From: Octopus sinensis
Taxonomy: Eukaryota
Direction of reading: 5' to 3'
Assembly (NCBI RefSeq): GCF_006345805.1
Contig: NC_042998.1
Location: 53,816,001-53,880,000, forward strand
DNA: 64,000 nucleotides
The position numbers and the translations under genes were made by a program. The notes under the pieces are model-generated. The model saw only the letters and a program-made list of their open reading frames with translations, had not been told where the DNA came from and searched no databases. This document shows positions 63,397 through 64,000 of this stretch, in pieces. Position 1 is the first letter of the stretch. Every line of letters begins with the position of its first letter.

Positions 63397-63789
63397 GTGA
63401 GTCACAGCTGATGCTTCTATTATGCGTGCATCATGTTGGCCCAATTACTACAGTGCAAGTTCATGAGCTGGTGTGTATCATGCTAATTTAACTTGACACC
63501 TCATAACAGCTTTGAAGACCAGTCAGATACAACTGTATGCTTGGCTTGGTTGATAAACCACATGATAATCCATTCATAAGCCAGGGCATCCTTCAGTTGG
63601 TCCTTTGAGGACACACAGAAATGATCTCACAAGGGTATTTTCCTTGCCTATTCTTTCATGCCACAAAAATGGTTAACTTTTACAACTGATGCAAGTAAAA
63701 AGGCTATATGAAGAATATTTTCACAAGAAGGCCATTATGTACTGTATTCATCCAGAGTAATAAACACATATGAAACAAGATGCACAAAT

Positions 63790-64000
63790 ATTGCTTTCTA
63801 CTAAAGGCACAGGACCCGAAATATGGGAGAAAGGGCTAAACAATTATATCAACCCCAGTGCTTAACTGGTACATATTTTATCAATCTTGAAAGGATGAAA
63901 GGCAAAGTCACCCTCCGTGAAATGTGAACTCAGAACATAGAGATGGACAAAATTCCACAAAGCATTTTGATCCACATGTTAATGATTCTTCTAGCTTGTT
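63790..64000 (-). mobile_element. SINE-A, degraded
   Basis: Family body. Confidence 0.7.

Overview
AT-rich, repeat-saturated animal DNA. The SINE, MITE and microsatellite make-up strongly suggests an octopus (cephalopod) genome; this is an inference from recalled repeat families, not from a database search. I could not recognise any intact cellular protein-coding gene, tRNA/rRNA gene or CRISPR array, so the window reads as intergenic DNA or long introns. Almost all supplied ORFs are microsatellite or SINE shadows. Working names for the tRNA-headed SINE-like families: SINE-A (head GGCGGTGAGCTGGCAGAA...GAGTTCAAATTCC), SINE-B (head GGAGTGGCTGTGTGGTAAG, internal microsatellite, tail ending AAAAGAG) and SINE-C (head GGCTCAGTGGTTAGAG, then TTGAGCAAGACAC). 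They probably overlap the published octopus SINEs (OK/OR1/OR2), but I cannot map them. Decayed autonomous-element relics: Dong/R4-like, CR1-like, Tx1/L1-like and RTE-like LINEs; a Penelope-like GIY-YIG; MULE, hAT, mariner and piggyBac-like DNA transposons; and three solo LTRs with 4-bp TSDs. The most notable observations are minimal hammerhead-ribozyme-like motifs, repeated SINE-A insertion at one sequence, a dimeric SINE-A with a conserved junction, a 70-bp direct repeat flanking a SINE, several local inverted duplications (one overlapping a candidate exon), a templated complex rearrangement and a His-rich reading frame. SINE boundaries are approximate (about 10-20 bp).
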